Positions 49,924 to 60,211 of a stretch of 64,000 bases of DNA are shown in pieces (the stretch's first letter is position 1; every line of letters begins with the position of its first letter). The position numbers were made by a program, and so were the translations under genes. The notes beneath the pieces are model-generated. The model made no database searches and had not been told where the DNA came from. It saw nothing but the letters and a program-made list of their open reading frames with translations. This DNA is from Promethearchaeota archaeon. Its GTDB lineage: Archaea > Asgardarchaeota > Lokiarchaeia > Sigyniarchaeales > SOKP01. The stretch is from the NCBI GenBank assembly GCA_019057795.1, contig JAHLWS010000026.1, positions 61,461-125,460 on the forward strand, written 5' to 3'.

Positions 49924-50790
49924 GTGAAAATTTTAAATTTAGAGAAGCAAACAATACCTTTAATAGAGTCAAGTAACATAAGAAAAAGGATTCTAAAGGA
50001 AAATTATCAAGAATTGTATGAATTTCTTAGAAAATTTAATAATAAAGATAATCAGATTTTAATGTCAATAACTTTACCTGTATTTAATGAGCAAAATATA
50101 ATATATTCTGTTTTGAAAAATCTCCCCAAAAATGAGCTAATAGAAATAATAGTTGTTGATGATCATTCATCTGATAACAGTGTAAAAGAAATAGAAAAAA
50201 TTAGAAATGAAAAGCAAATAAGACTAATTAAACACAAGAGAAATAAAGGATATGGAGGCGCAATAAAAACGGGAGTAAAAGCAGCAAAGGGTAAAGTAAT
50301 CATTACCATGGATTCCGATGGTCAACATAGTCCCTTAGATATTTTATCGCTTGTTAAACCTATATTTGAAGGAGAAGCAGATTTTGCCATTGGTTCTAGA
50401 TATTTAGGTGCTAATTATTATGATTTACCTTTAGTAACCAGATTAGGAGAAGCAATCTTAGAAAAAGTTTTATATATACTATTTAATATAAAAATAATGA
50501 ATAATCAAAATGGTTTTCGTGCTTTTAATAAAAAAATAGTACCATTATTTGATAATACTAAATTTCAAGGATTTACATTTGCTACAGAACTCATCCTTAA
50601 AACCTCCTTAAATGGTTATAAAATTAAAGAATGCCCAATTAAATTATATCACCGTCAATTCGGTTCTTCAAAAATCAATTTAACTACATTAACTCTTGAC
50701 CTTATATCATGTATTTTTCTTCATTATTTGATAAAAATTAAAATGCTACTTTTTAAAAGAAAAAATAATGAGTTCAGAAGGAATGCATGA
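49924..50790 (+). CDS. GT2 glycosyltransferase (DPM1-like)
   Basis: LPVFNE, VVDDHSSD, MDSDGQH, GSRY; close paralog of 38121..39065. Confidence 0.92.
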   Translation: MKILNLEKQTIPLIESSNIRKRILKENYQELYEFLRKFNNKDNQILMSITLPVFNEQNIIYSVLKNLPKNELIEIIVVDDHSSDNSVKEIEKIRNEKQIRLIKHKRNKGYGGAIKTGVKAAKGKVIITMDSDGQHSPLDILSLVKPIFEGEADFAIGSRYLGANYYDLPLVTRLGEAILEKVLYILFNIKIMNNQNGFRAFNKKIVPLFDNTKFQGFTFATELILKTSLNGYKIKECPIKLYHRQFGSSKINLTTLTLDLISCIFLHYLIKIKMLLFKRKNNEFRRNA

Positions 50791-51808
50791 TTTTGTTCCT
50801 AAAATTTCTATTATTTTCCCATCTTACAATGGAGAAAAATTTTTACATCGAAATTTAGATTCCATAAAACAACTATCAAACTTAAATGAAATTGAACTTA
50901 TTATTGTAGATAATAATTCAAAAGATTCAAGTAAAGAAATTATTAAATCATATTCTAAAACTTTGCATATAAAACTTGTTGAATTAAATAATAATGTAGG
51001 ATTTGGCAAAGCTTGTAACCTAGGTGCTACATATGCTAAAGGTGAATTTATATTTATAACCAACCAAGATATGTTGTTTATTAAGAATTTCTTTCAAGAA
51101 GTATTAATTATTTATAAGAATTATAAAAAAAATCAAGAAATTATAATATCCCCTGCTATTGTTTTCGAAGGGAATGGAATACACTATTTTGGAGCGAAAA
51201 TTCATATTTTGGGGTTTTCTTATTCTCCAAATGTAGGTCAAAAATTACCTCATAAACAAATTGTTGTAAAAACGCAGAGAATCTCTGGAGGTTCGCTTTT
51301 TATCAAAAACGAACTTTTTCTAAAATTAGGTGGTTTTGATAGTATCTATTTTATGTATTATGAAGATACTGATCTTTCTTTAAGTATTTTAAGGGAAGGA
51401 ATAAAAATGTACACTACAAGCGTTCCGTATTTAATTCATCAAAAACATGAATGGAATTTTAATGATTTTCGTTATTATTTATTAGAGCGTAATAGATTTA
51501 TTCTAATTTTTAAGAATATTAGTAATTATCGGAAATTAATCCCTCTTTTTATTATTATAGAATTAATTCTAATCTTTCAATCAATTCTAATAAGAAAATT
51601 TAAATTAAAAATACGGATATATTATGAATTATTTTCTAAATTCAAATTTATTAAATATTTAAGGAATAAATCTAAGAAAAAAATGATTTTAATTCCTTAT
51701 CAGAAATTGGATCGAAATTTAGATCCAATATTATTAGGCGAAATGAAAGATTCTATATTTTTCAATCGAATGTTAAGTTTTTTTAATTTCTTACTAAAAT
51801 TGTTTTAA
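50768..51808 (+). CDS. GT2 glycosyltransferase (rhamnosyltransferase-like)
   Basis: IVDNNSKD, N.GF..ACN.G, GGFD..YFMYYEDTDL. Confidence 0.9.
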   Translation: MSSEGMHDFVPKISIIFPSYNGEKFLHRNLDSIKQLSNLNEIELIIVDNNSKDSSKEIIKSYSKTLHIKLVELNNNVGFGKACNLGATYAKGEFIFITNQDMLFIKNFFQEVLIIYKNYKKNQEIIISPAIVFEGNGIHYFGAKIHILGFSYSPNVGQKLPHKQIVVKTQRISGGSLFIKNELFLKLGGFDSIYFMYYEDTDLSLSILREGIKMYTTSVPYLIHQKHEWNFNDFRYYLLERNRFILIFKNISNYRKLIPLFIIIELILIFQSILIRKFKLKIRIYYELFSKFKFIKYLRNKSKKKMILIPYQKLDRNLDPILLGEMKDSIFFNRMLSFFNFLLKLF

Positions 51809-51921
51809 TCAAACTAGGGAATTATTTTAATTTTTAAATATTTGAATTCTATTTAATTAAATAAAAAAAATATTCTTTAAAATATTATATTAATTTCTTC
51901 TAAACCTAATAATCTTTAATT

Positions 51922-54138
51922 TTAACCAAAAGCTAATGTTCTCAAACCATAAAATATTCCCAAAATTATAACTAAGATTACCATACAAATTAAAAAATTA
52001 TTTTTTTTTTCTCTTAGTTTCTGAATATATGTATTTTGTATTATAATTAAGCTAAAAAAAACAAAATGTGAAAGATATTTACCATGAATAACATATATAG
52101 CTAACCATAAAGAGCCAGTTATTACCAACATAAAAACCATAGTAAGGGATGAAAATAATGAGATAAGAAAAAAATTTTGTCTATTATTATTTAGCCTAAA
52201 ATATTTAAAACCTTTAAAGAAAAAGAATATGTAAATTACCATGACAGAATAACTTAAAATTAAAGCTATAATTGTAAGTAAAATTGTTTCTTCTAAAGGA
52301 ACAAGAACAAAAAAATCTATAAATATTATTAGAGAAAAAAACATTATGAAAAAAAATACTTGAAAGATTTTTTTAGAAATTAATTTTGTAATATAATAAT
52401 AGATTTTTCTGGCAAAATTAATTCCTGTATTATAAATTTTTAAAATAAAATTGAATTTCTTGAAAAAGATCAAATATATAATATAATTTAATAAAAAAAC
52501 TCCAAAAAAAATTGAAGCTAAAATAAAAATACTAAATGAAATTTCTCCTCTTAGAAAGAAAGGAATAATTATTTTTGTCTGAATAAAAATATCATAAAAT
52601 ATTGCAAGAAAAGGAAAATTACCAAATAACATTAAAAAATAAATTCTAAACCAACCAATAAATTCATTAGCAATATAAAAAATTAAAATTAATATACATA
52701 AAAGGGCACTGAACTTTTTATGAATATTTTTTATTTTTTTCTGAGCAAGTTCTTGTAAAACAATTTGATGTAAATAAAAAGATTCTACTTTAGAGGGGCT
52801 TTTCAAAAAATCTGGGGAAAAAATAGAATTTTTTTCAATTTTTTTTAATTTAAGAAAAAGATAATAAATATAATACAAAATCATTAAGACTAAAAAGTAA
52901 ATACATTCTTCCGTATGAGTTAATGTTAGAAAAAAATAAAGCAAAATTATAAGAAAAGAATTGTAAATATTAAATTCGTTTTTTTGCATTAAATTATAAA
53001 ATTCTATAACTAGAATAAAATAAATTAATGTTCCTAATACCCCTGTGCCCGTAGCATGTCCAAACTTTATAAATTGGGGGGTAAAAATTACAAAGATCAC
53101 CATTATTATTAGAGTATAATCTCCATTTTTCGATTTATTCAGAAATTTCTTAAAAACTGAATAAAATAAACAAGGTATAAAGATATACAACATTGGATAA
53201 AGATACCATAATGCAAAATCTAAACTTACATTTGTAGCACTAATAAGAAGTATAGTTGTAAATAAACCAGTTGAATATCTTAAAGAATCAAAATTAAAAA
53301 TTACGAAATTGAATCCACTATAAGTCATTATTCCATGATCAAGATAAATCTCGTAATCCATAGATAATAAATGAGTATCGTGACCAAAATAATTTCCAAT
53401 TTGAAGATATGGTAGAATCCATAAGCAATAAATAAACATTGAAATAGCGATGAGAATAATATAATCATTCTTAATGAAAAAAACAATGTATGTGAAACAT
53501 AATATTGAAATTATTAAAAATGCGTAAAATATTAAAGGAACCCGGTAGAAAAAAGTGAAATTTGATCTATAGTCATATCGATTAGTGAGATAATCATTAT
53601 TATTTGGAACTTCGCTATTAAGAGTTGATATGCATAAAAGTATTAATGATAGAGCAAAAGTTACTATAACTAGTGATTTTTTAAGATCTAAATTATATTT
53701 TATTCTATCTAAATTTATAGAATAATCTCTTTTTTGATTTTTGTTACTCTTTATTTTTATTTTAAAGTTTTTAAATTCATTAATTATAATTAAAATAAAA
53801 TTAATGAATATAATTGATGCAATTAACAAAGTTGAGTTAAATATAAACCCTCTAGATGTTGCATCTGGATAAGTTCCATAGTTATAAAGAATAATATAAC
53901 TAAAAAACATAGAAATATTTTCTACAGCAAGACTTATTATTATGCTATATCCTAATTTTTCTATAAATCTAAATTTAGGTTTTATTAGATTTAATAAATT
54001 ATATCCTGGTAAAATAAAAACAATAAAAAAACCTAATATTATGTTAATTGGTTGTAAAACAATCGAAAATAAAGTCATAAAAGAATAAATAACGATTAAA
54101 ATTAGCTCTATAACTAAATACAATCTTTTTATGTTCAT
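51922..54138 (-). CDS. polytopic membrane protein (DUF1616/DUF2206-like, possible GT-C fold)
   Basis: FILPGY...EKL.YS..IS N-terminus, GHDTH loop, LTH motif, many TM helices. Confidence 0.55.
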   Translation of the reverse strand: MNIKRLYLVIELILIVIYSFMTLFSIVLQPINIILGFFIVFILPGYNLLNLIKPKFRFIEKLGYSIIISLAVENISMFFSYIILYNYGTYPDATSRGFIFNSTLLIASIIFINFILIIINEFKNFKIKIKSNKNQKRDYSINLDRIKYNLDLKKSLVIVTFALSLILLCISTLNSEVPNNNDYLTNRYDYRSNFTFFYRVPLIFYAFLIISILCFTYIVFFIKNDYIILIAISMFIYCLWILPYLQIGNYFGHDTHLLSMDYEIYLDHGIMTYSGFNFVIFNFDSLRYSTGLFTTILLISATNVSLDFALWYLYPMLYIFIPCLFYSVFKKFLNKSKNGDYTLIIMVIFVIFTPQFIKFGHATGTGVLGTLIYFILVIEFYNLMQKNEFNIYNSFLIILLYFFLTLTHTEECIYFLVLMILYYIYYLFLKLKKIEKNSIFSPDFLKSPSKVESFYLHQIVLQELAQKKIKNIHKKFSALLCILILIFYIANEFIGWFRIYFLMLFGNFPFLAIFYDIFIQTKIIIPFFLRGEISFSIFILASIFFGVFLLNYIIYLIFFKKFNFILKIYNTGINFARKIYYYITKLISKKIFQVFFFIMFFSLIIFIDFFVLVPLEETILLTIIALILSYSVMVIYIFFFFKGFKYFRLNNNRQNFFLISLFSSLTMVFMLVITGSLWLAIYVIHGKYLSHFVFFSLIIIQNTYIQKLREKKNNFLICMVILVIILGIFYGLRTLAFG

Positions 54139-54170
54139 TAGAGTTTTAAATTATTAAAATATTAAAAACA

Positions 54171-55283
54171 TTAATATTCAATATTTTCTTGTGGATGTTT
54201 GACCACATTTAATCCTTTTGAATCTTTTTTCAAAAAAAGTGTCTTTTTGCTAATTTTATTCATAAACCATTCTACTCCAAGGAAAAAATTATATCTTTGC
54301 CAAATCCGCACAAACAATTCAAGAGATATAAAAAATATAACTAGTAAGATAATAAATTGATAAATTAAAAATCCAGAAGAATATATTTCATCAATTATCA
54401 GAGGAAATACAATGATTCCTATGGCAATGACTCCAAAGTGGATGTAATACATTGAAAAAGCAAGTTTACCCCAACGAATAATTGATTTCTGAACGTAAAT
54501 ATCTTTACCTTTTCTATCAAAAAAATAATAACATAAGCAAAATAAGATAATGAATATTCCAACCATCAACATAAAAAATGCAAAGAAATATGTTTCATAA
54601 TAATAAAAATGAATAAATATCCGTATGAAATAAGTGAGGAAACATATTATCCCAATTATAGTACATAATATCAATTTTTTATTAAATTTTTCTCCAGGCC
54701 AGTTAGAGATTATACTTCCAAATAATAATCCAAATATATAGAAATTTGCCCAAGGAATGAATTCAAATATACCTTCATTTAGTATCGATAGATAATTAAG
54801 TTTATGGAAGGAAATAATATAATCCAAAAAAAAAAAAAGAATTATTACACTTATATAAAGAATTATTCTTAGGTTTTGCTTTAAAAATGGAAATGAGAAA
54901 AATATCATCATTGAAAAGGCAATTACTTGAAATACACTCCAATAAATGATATTAGATGATTCCATATTAAAGATATACCCAAATGATATTAGAAGTAATG
55001 TTGAAACACCAAAAATAAATAGTGATCTTTTAAGAACCTCTGAAAAAATATTGGATTTAGAAATATTTTCATTGATTTTTTTATTTATAAAAAAATGATA
55101 CCCCATTCCAGAAATTATAAGAAAAAAGGGTGCTGTTAATATACTAAGAAATACCGTTATTTCTTTAAAAATACCATATTCTCGTGTTGTCCAATCCATC
55201 CATTTGATAAAAAAATGAAATGGAATCATAAAAATAATGGTTAATCCTCTTAAGATATCTATTGAAATTATTCGTTCTTTCAT
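54171..55283 (-). CDS. membrane acyltransferase (DUF1624/HGSNAT catalytic-domain-like)
   Basis: RI.SID.LRG..I..M...H, APFF..ISG, PW, GK.AF..Y..H. Confidence 0.85.
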   Translation of the reverse strand: MKERIISIDILRGLTIIFMIPFHFFIKWMDWTTREYGIFKEITVFLSILTAPFFLIISGMGYHFFINKKINENISKSNIFSEVLKRSLFIFGVSTLLLISFGYIFNMESSNIIYWSVFQVIAFSMMIFFSFPFLKQNLRIILYISVIILFFFLDYIISFHKLNYLSILNEGIFEFIPWANFYIFGLLFGSIISNWPGEKFNKKLILCTIIGIICFLTYFIRIFIHFYYYETYFFAFFMLMVGIFIILFCLCYYFFDRKGKDIYVQKSIIRWGKLAFSMYYIHFGVIAIGIIVFPLIIDEIYSSGFLIYQFIILLVIFFISLELFVRIWQRYNFFLGVEWFMNKISKKTLFLKKDSKGLNVVKHPQENIEY

Positions 55284-55419
55284 TTTAAATTATAAACTAA
55301 TCCAATCCATTAAAAATTTTTGAATTCTTTGAATATTTCTAATCTATAAGTTATTGAATAATATTACTAATAAATCTTAAACGTGTGCAAGCAAAAATTA
55401 TATCTTTATTTGTTAATTT

Positions 55420-56658
55420 TTGACATTATACTATACACTTTTAATTAAGAAAAAAATGCTTAGAATTTTAAGAGTTGTTCCGTTTTACGCTCCAGCTTAC
55501 GGCTATGGAGGCCCTGTAGTTCACTCAGTTAATATTTCGAAGCAACAGGCAGCTTTAGGTCATGATGTGAGGGTTTTTACAACAAATATTTTAAATCACG
55601 ATTTGATTTCCAAAGAGTTGCCTAAGTTTGAGGTTATAGATAATGTCAAAATACATAGATTTCCTATTAGATATCGATTAGGACAATCTCATTTTTTTAT
55701 CACACCCTCTTTACTGTCTGGATTTTTTAAATATGATTATGATATCCTTCATGTACACTCTTATAGAACTTTTCAAACGATTATCGCTACAATGATAAAT
55801 GGACATAAAAAGAAGCCTTTCGTTTTTTCTGCACATGGGACATTAAGAAACATGTACTTGCTCCGATTATTTCTAACTAAAAGTAAAGAAGCTAACAGAA
55901 TGCGGTATTTTGATTATGCATTTAAAAATATTTTTCTTAAAACAATTAATCGAGTAATTGTTAATTCAAAACATGAAAAATGGTGGACTTTAAAGTTCGA
56001 TGTGCCTGAAGAAAAAATAAGAATTATTCCGCATGGTGTAAATGTTGAGAATTTCACTAATTCGGAATACAAAAATAATTTTATAAATAAATACAAACCA
56101 AATGGGAAAATAATCCTTTATGTTGGCAGACTTTTAAGAAATTATAGGCACTTAGATTATTTGATTGAATCTATGAAGACAATCTCTAAGGAGTATAAAG
56201 ATGCTAAATTATGGATAATTGGTCATAGTTATGATAAAGATTATGAAAGTGAGTTAAAAAGTATAGTATTTACTAATAAATTAACTAATAATGTTATCTT
56301 TGTTACAAACCCATCTAGAGAAGATATATTTGGCGCTTATCAAGCTGCAAATGTTTTTGTTTTCCCCATTACCGAATCAGATAGTTTTGGAATCCCATTA
56401 ATAGAAGCTGGTGCTGCAAAGACGCCCGTTATTTCTACAAATAGAGGCCCCGCACCAGAATTAATTGTTGATGGTGAAACGGGCTTTCTTATAAATAAAG
56501 ATGATAAAAGTCAATTAGTTGATAAGATTCTCAAGATTCTTGATAATGAAAAGTTGGAACAAAAAATGGGTCAAAAAGCTAATGAATTAGTTTTAAAAAA
56601 ATATACATGGGAAACTGTTGCAAAACAAACTGATAAAATATATAAGGAATTAATTTGA
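55420..56658 (+). CDS. GT4 family glycosyltransferase
   Basis: YAPAYGYGGP, AHG, DSFGIPLIEA; the real start is probably the ATG at 55456. Confidence 0.92.
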   Translation: MTLYYTLLIKKKMLRILRVVPFYAPAYGYGGPVVHSVNISKQQAALGHDVRVFTTNILNHDLISKELPKFEVIDNVKIHRFPIRYRLGQSHFFITPSLLSGFFKYDYDILHVHSYRTFQTIIATMINGHKKKPFVFSAHGTLRNMYLLRLFLTKSKEANRMRYFDYAFKNIFLKTINRVIVNSKHEKWWTLKFDVPEEKIRIIPHGVNVENFTNSEYKNNFINKYKPNGKIILYVGRLLRNYRHLDYLIESMKTISKEYKDAKLWIIGHSYDKDYESELKSIVFTNKLTNNVIFVTNPSREDIFGAYQAANVFVFPITESDSFGIPLIEAGAAKTPVISTNRGPAPELIVDGETGFLINKDDKSQLVDKILKILDNEKLEQKMGQKANELVLKKYTWETVAKQTDKIYKELI

Positions 56659-56734
56659 AAAAAAATCATCTGAAAAACATGTTATAAAGATTTATAATAA
56701 AATTTAAGAGATTGTAATTAAGTATTGTATTAAT

Positions 56735-57961
56735 ATGAAGTTTCTATATATTGTTGATGAATTTCCTCCAATAGGGCGTCATCCGGGCATACGTGCTTTA
56801 GAGTTATCAAAGAGATTACTTAAAAAAGAAATAGAACCTATAATATTAACTAAAAGAGTAAAAAGTTCAAAATTTATTGATAATACACTAATTAAAGAAA
56901 TACCTTCAAGTTTAAGAATAATTAAATCATATTCATTTGAAATTCATAATAAAATATTATTAAAAATATTAGATTCAATATTTAGAATTGATTTTTATTT
57001 ATCATGGGTACCCTTTGCATATCTTAAAGCAAAAAAAATCCTTAAAAAAGAAACTGATATTAAATTTATTTATATTGCAGGACCTCCTTTTTATAACCAC
57101 ATTATTGGTATACTTTTAAAAAAAAAATTTGACATTCCTTTAGTATTAGAATATAGGGATCCTTGGTTATATAATCCATACTTAGGAAAAAGAGATAGAT
57201 GGTTGAATCAAAAATTAGATGGGATAATTGAACGGATTTCTCTTAAGTATCCTGATATGATAATAACAGTAAGTAGCGCCTTAACAAGATTTTTAAAGAA
57301 TTGCTTTCCATTTATTAAAAATAAAGCGATTCACTCCATACCGAATGGATTAAGAATTTATGAGATTTATCAAGATTCTGTTCAAAATAACTCAAGAATT
57401 TTCTTTATATTTGCGGGTTCTTTATATAGAAAAAGGAATATCATACCTCTTTTAAAATTGATTTCACAATTAAAGGTAGATGGAGTATTAAGAAGTAATA
57501 ATTTCTTATTTAAGATTTATGGATATTATGATTATAAGGAACTAAATTCAATTATTAATGAGTTACGGATTAAAGATTTAATTTTTTTAGGGCAAAATTT
57601 ACCTAAATCACAAATTCTTCAAGAAATCTCTCAATCACACATTGCTATTCATATTGGAGAAAATTTAAATTATCCCACAATCGCTTTTAAAGTATGGGAT
57701 TATCTCAGTTGTAGAAAAAGAATTTTGTATTTGGGAAAAAAAGAATCTCTAACATCGAAATTTATTGAGAGTAATAAATTCGGTTTTACATTACCGATAA
57801 ACAACTTAAAGAAAGCAAAACAAATATTAGAAAATATAATCGAGGATATTAGAAATCGAAATTTTGATATAATCATTCCTAAAGAAAATTTAAAAGCCTT
57901 TACATGGGACCAAAGAACTAATAAATTTATAGAAAAAATAGTTAATCAATATATCAATTAA
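56735..57961 (+). CDS. GT4-like glycosyltransferase
   Basis: FPP....G.R, EYRDPW, IPNG, GSLY..R, KVWDYL. Confidence 0.88.
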   Translation: MKFLYIVDEFPPIGRHPGIRALELSKRLLKKEIEPIILTKRVKSSKFIDNTLIKEIPSSLRIIKSYSFEIHNKILLKILDSIFRIDFYLSWVPFAYLKAKKILKKETDIKFIYIAGPPFYNHIIGILLKKKFDIPLVLEYRDPWLYNPYLGKRDRWLNQKLDGIIERISLKYPDMIITVSSALTRFLKNCFPFIKNKAIHSIPNGLRIYEIYQDSVQNNSRIFFIFAGSLYRKRNIIPLLKLISQLKVDGVLRSNNFLFKIYGYYDYKELNSIINELRIKDLIFLGQNLPKSQILQEISQSHIAIHIGENLNYPTIAFKVWDYLSCRKRILYLGKKESLTSKFIESNKFGFTLPINNLKKAKQILENIIEDIRNRNFDIIIPKENLKAFTWDQRTNKFIEKIVNQYIN

Positions 57962-57963
57962 TT

Positions 57964-58902
57964 TTGTATTACAATATATTCAAAATGAATCTAAAAAAAA
58001 TAACAAAATGGTTTTTTGATAAATTTATAAATAAATCTTTTGTATTCTGGCAAAAATTAGGTTTAAATATTTTACCAAATCATTTTTACTCTCCAATACC
58101 CGATTTAAATGAATTAGATCAATTAATTTGGAAAAATAAATCTCAATTAGTTGGTATAGATTTAAATGAAGAAAAACAATTACAGCTTCTTTCTCTTTTT
58201 AATACTAAATATAAAGATGAATATGACAAATTACCAAAAAACTATTCAGATATATCAAAACCTTACCAATATTTCTTAAATAATGAATATTTTGGTCCTA
58301 TTAGTGGAGAGTTTCTTTATTGTGCGATTCGTCATTTTAAACCAAAACGAATCGTAGAAATTGGTTCTGGTTTCTCAAGTTACTTAATCGCCAATACAAT
58401 ATTAAAAAATAAAGAAACAAACAAGGATTATAATTGTAAATTTATATCAATAGACCCATATCCAAACAAAGTTTTATCTAATGGATTTCCAGGGTTATCA
58501 AAACTAGTTCCTAAGAAAGTTCAGCTTGTACCGTTAGAGGAATTTGAAAAATTAGAAAAAAATGATATCTTATTCATTGATTCTAGTCATGTATTAAAAA
58601 TTGGTGGAGATTTACAATATGAATATTTGGAAATCCTCCCAAGACTTAATAAAGGGGTAATAATTCACATACATGATATTTTTCTACCATTAGAATATCC
58701 TCCCAGATGGATCTTAAATGATAAATTATTTTGGAATGAGCAATATTTACTTCAAGCATTTTTAATGTTTAATAATTATTTTGAAATCATTTTTGCTGGA
58801 AATTATTTATTTTTAAATCATTCTGAAATATTGAATCGTTATTTTGATTCATATCATCGGAGTAGAGGTTCAAGCAGTTTCTGGATTAGAAGAATAAAAT
58901 AA
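57964..58902 (+). CDS. class I SAM-dependent methyltransferase (Methyltransf_24-like)
   Basis: HFYSPIPD, VEIGSGFSS, IDPYP, LFIDSSH, HIHDIF, WNEQY. Confidence 0.9.
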   Translation: MYYNIFKMNLKKITKWFFDKFINKSFVFWQKLGLNILPNHFYSPIPDLNELDQLIWKNKSQLVGIDLNEEKQLQLLSLFNTKYKDEYDKLPKNYSDISKPYQYFLNNEYFGPISGEFLYCAIRHFKPKRIVEIGSGFSSYLIANTILKNKETNKDYNCKFISIDPYPNKVLSNGFPGLSKLVPKKVQLVPLEEFEKLEKNDILFIDSSHVLKIGGDLQYEYLEILPRLNKGVIIHIHDIFLPLEYPPRWILNDKLFWNEQYLLQAFLMFNNYFEIIFAGNYLFLNHSEILNRYFDSYHRSRGSSSFWIRRIK

Positions 58903-59056
58903 ATCTTTATAATGGTCTTTAATACTTGCAATAATATCTTTATATTTTAATGAATCAACTAAAAATTAGATTACATTAAATGAATATAATGAGTTTTCGA
59001 TTTAAAAAAAGAACCGTATTACATTTAATTTTAATAAAATATTTTACATAATATAA

Positions 59057-60205
59057 ATGAAAAAGTTTGATTTTAATTATTTAAATTTATTCAAATTATC
59101 CCATTTAAATTTATTATTTAAGGATTTCTTTGAGATAAATGGGGAGATAAAATCTGATTATTTTCATTTAAGAAAAGCTATTGATTGGCTACTAAATGCT
59201 AAAAACACTACTCAAAATGGCGGAATTTCTCTTGGATATTCTCTGATCTCCGGATGGTTTTCATCGTATCCTGAAACATCTGGATATATAGTTCCGACCC
59301 TCTTGGATTATTATGAGATAAGTAAATATAAATTTTGCTTAAAATCAAGTAGAGATATTGCTGAGTGGTTATGCGGAATTCAGTTTAGAAATGGTGGTTT
59401 CCCTAAGGGGTTCCTTAATTTTGAACAAAACCCATCTATTTTTAATACAGGTCAAATAATATTTGGTCTTCTGAAAGCGTATAATAAATTTGAAATTAAT
59501 AATTTTTTAAAATCTGCAATTAAAGCCGGTGAATTCTTAATAAATAATCAAGAGAAAAACGGATCTTGGATTAAATATACCTATTTTAATAATCCACATA
59601 CTTATAATGTAAGAACTGCTTGGGCTTTATTAGAATTATACTCTCTTAGTGATAACAAAGATTTTTTAAATGCTGCTCTTAAAAACCTAAATTGGGCTCT
59701 ACATCAAGTAAATAAAAATTATTGGTTTTGTAATAATTCATTTTATAAAAATCAAGATCCAATTCTACATTTTATTTGTTATACAATTAGAGGATTTTTG
59801 GAAGCGGGTTTAATTTTAGAAGATGAGACTTTCATAACTGTAGCTACTAAAAGCGCTTCTAAATTATTAGATTATTTTATAATTAATAGAAATATACCCG
59901 CAACCTTCAATTTCAAATGGGAAAGTCAAGTTAATTATTTATGCCTTACAGGTTTAGCTCAATTGGCAATTATTTGGTTAAAAATATATCTCATGAATAA
60001 AGAAAAGAAATATCTCGAGAATTCACTTAAGTTAAATACATTATTAAAATCGATACAAACTATTTCAAAGAATAAAAACTTTGATGGTGCTTTAAAAGGT
60101 TCCCATCCAATATGGGGTAATTATATGAAATTTATTTTCCCTAATTGGGCAACTAAATTTTTTTGTGATTCAATAATGTTGGAGAATAAAATATTAAAAA
60201 TCTGA
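59057..60205 (+). CDS. alpha/alpha-toroid protein with QW-type (prenyltransferase/cyclase-like) repeats
   Basis: SYPETSGY, Q..NGGF, FNTGQ, Q..NGSW, PNWATKF. Confidence 0.7.
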   Translation: MKKFDFNYLNLFKLSHLNLLFKDFFEINGEIKSDYFHLRKAIDWLLNAKNTTQNGGISLGYSLISGWFSSYPETSGYIVPTLLDYYEISKYKFCLKSSRDIAEWLCGIQFRNGGFPKGFLNFEQNPSIFNTGQIIFGLLKAYNKFEINNFLKSAIKAGEFLINNQEKNGSWIKYTYFNNPHTYNVRTAWALLELYSLSDNKDFLNAALKNLNWALHQVNKNYWFCNNSFYKNQDPILHFICYTIRGFLEAGLILEDETFITVATKSASKLLDYFIINRNIPATFNFKWESQVNYLCLTGLAQLAIIWLKIYLMNKEKKYLENSLKLNTLLKSIQTISKNKNFDGALKGSHPIWGNYMKFIFPNWATKFFCDSIMLENKILKI

Positions 60206-60211
60206 TACCTT

